Part shown: piece after piece, positions 63,156 to 64,000 of the stretch
Layout: every line of letters begins with the position of its first letter
Numbering within the stretch: position 1 is the first letter of the stretch
IMG/VR virus record: IMGVR_UViG_3300027740_000003
Location: 64,001 to 128,000 of that record
Origin: a virus
Taxonomy: Duplodnaviria > Caudoviricetes
Strand: one strand, 5' to 3'
DNA: 64,000 bases
Program-made: the position numbers and the translations under genes
Notes under the pieces: generated by a model
Seen by the model: only the letters and a program-made list of their open reading frames with translations
Told to the model about the DNA's origin: nothing
Database searches by the model: none

Positions 63156-63947
63156 ATGTCTAAATCAAAAGAAAAACAACTAAAAAAATTAATTGTGGAG
63201 AAATTGGGTTTTGATCCAGAAGATGAATCTAATTATTTAGAAGCATGTAAAAAACATGGATTTCGTATTAGGTTTATAAAGAACCCTTCTAAAGAAGTAC
63301 AATTAGAAGCAGTTAAACAAAATGGAAATTCTATTCAATATATAAATAACCCTTCTAAAGAAATAAAACTAGCAGCTGTTAAAGAAAATGCATATTCTAT
63401 TCAATATATAAAGAACCCTTCTAAAGAAGTTCAATTAGAAGCTGTTAAAGAAAATGGAAATTCTATTCAATATATAAAGAACCCTTCTAAAGAAATAAAA
63501 TTAGAAGCAGTTAAACAAAACGGAGGATCTATATGTTATATAAAAAATCCTACTAAAGAAATTAAATTAGCATCAGTTAAACAACATGGAAATAATATTA
63601 GATATATAGAATGTCCTTCAGAAGAACTTCAGATAGAAGCAGTTAAACAAAACGGATTTTATATTGAACATATAAATTGTCCTTCAGAAAAAATACAGAC
63701 GGAAGCTGTTAAACAAAATGCATTTTCTATTGAATATATAAAAAATCCTTCAGAAGAAGTACAATTAGCAGCTGTTAAACAAGATCCATCTTCTATTCGA
63801 TTGATAAAGAACCCTTCAGAAGAAATTCAAAAGGCTGCAATAGAAGCTTCTGGATATGATGTAAAAATAATAATATTATGTTCTGATCGAGGAAAATTTG
63901 CAGAAGAAATATATAATAATTTAATTATCAAGGATATTATTGAATGA
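63156..63947 (+). CDS. 22-aa helical-repeat (DUF4116-like) protein, 8 full repeats plus caps, IKDII tag
   Basis: LGFDPEDESNYLEACK...(KNPSKEVQLEAVKQNGNSIQYI)n...FAEEIYNNLIIKDIIE*. Confidence 0.85.
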   Translation: MSKSKEKQLKKLIVEKLGFDPEDESNYLEACKKHGFRIRFIKNPSKEVQLEAVKQNGNSIQYINNPSKEIKLAAVKENAYSIQYIKNPSKEVQLEAVKENGNSIQYIKNPSKEIKLEAVKQNGGSICYIKNPTKEIKLASVKQHGNNIRYIECPSEELQIEAVKQNGFYIEHINCPSEKIQTEAVKQNAFSIEYIKNPSEEVQLAAVKQDPSSIRLIKNPSEEIQKAAIEASGYDVKIIILCSDRGKFAEEIYNNLIIKDIIE

Positions 63948-64000
63948 AATTAGATTATAACAAATGTTTAATAAATGTTAAAGCTTTTCTCCCAGACGAC

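Noticed and set aside
51432-63947. IKDII motif as a DNA-level element (recombination site, attC-like cassette end, or Shine-Dalgarno for the next gene)
   Set aside because: Third codon positions vary freely, there is no palindromic attC structure or integrase, and the motif persists where the next gene does not overlap (51432, 55761, 61089, 62875). A minor SD contribution from AAGGA in some copies cannot be excluded.
51432-63947. Diversity-generating retroelement as source of the variable inserts
   Set aside because: No reverse transcriptase and no TR/VR pair differing only at adenines is visible in this window.
1-64000. Stop-codon reassignment (as in some large phages)
   Set aside because: Long conserved genes (helicase, radical SAMs) are intact in code 11; TAA, TAG and TGA all end genes at tight junctions; no canonical suppressor tRNA is present.

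Overview
This 64 kb window reads as part of a large (jumbo-like) tailed-phage genome. It is the accessory/early region: no capsid, terminase, polymerase, integrase or cas genes are recognisable. Left block (1 to ~49.4 kb): a dense, almost entirely minus-strand array of more than 100 short ORFs fed by sigma70-like promoters, mostly TTGAC(A/G)-N16-TAnnnT. It contains five clear tRNAs, three aberrant tRNA-like genes and a complete tmRNA. It also contains five proteins with a ribosomal bL12 C-terminal domain, a SNF2 helicase, two radical SAMs, a GNAT, a Zn deaminase, an HNH, a PNK-like kinase and two lipoproteins. Middle (~49.4-51.4 kb): a GC-rich, hairpin-rich non-coding block with three tandem leftward promoters, then an abrupt switch to an AT-rich repeat tract. 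Right block (51.4-64 kb): AT-rich, with two divergent operons. The most striking signal is here. At least 23 otherwise unrelated proteins (split Zn-ribbons with hypervariable inserts, 22-aa helical-repeat proteins, and others) end in the same C-terminal peptide, consensus [IL]-[KR]-[DN]-[IL]-I-[EQK]-stop ('IKDIIE'). Its codons vary synonymously, which points to a protein-level docking or sorting tag. A radical SAM with four tandem 'SITSxITNSST' paralogs lies in the same operon. All functional calls come from motif recognition only; no database searches were run.
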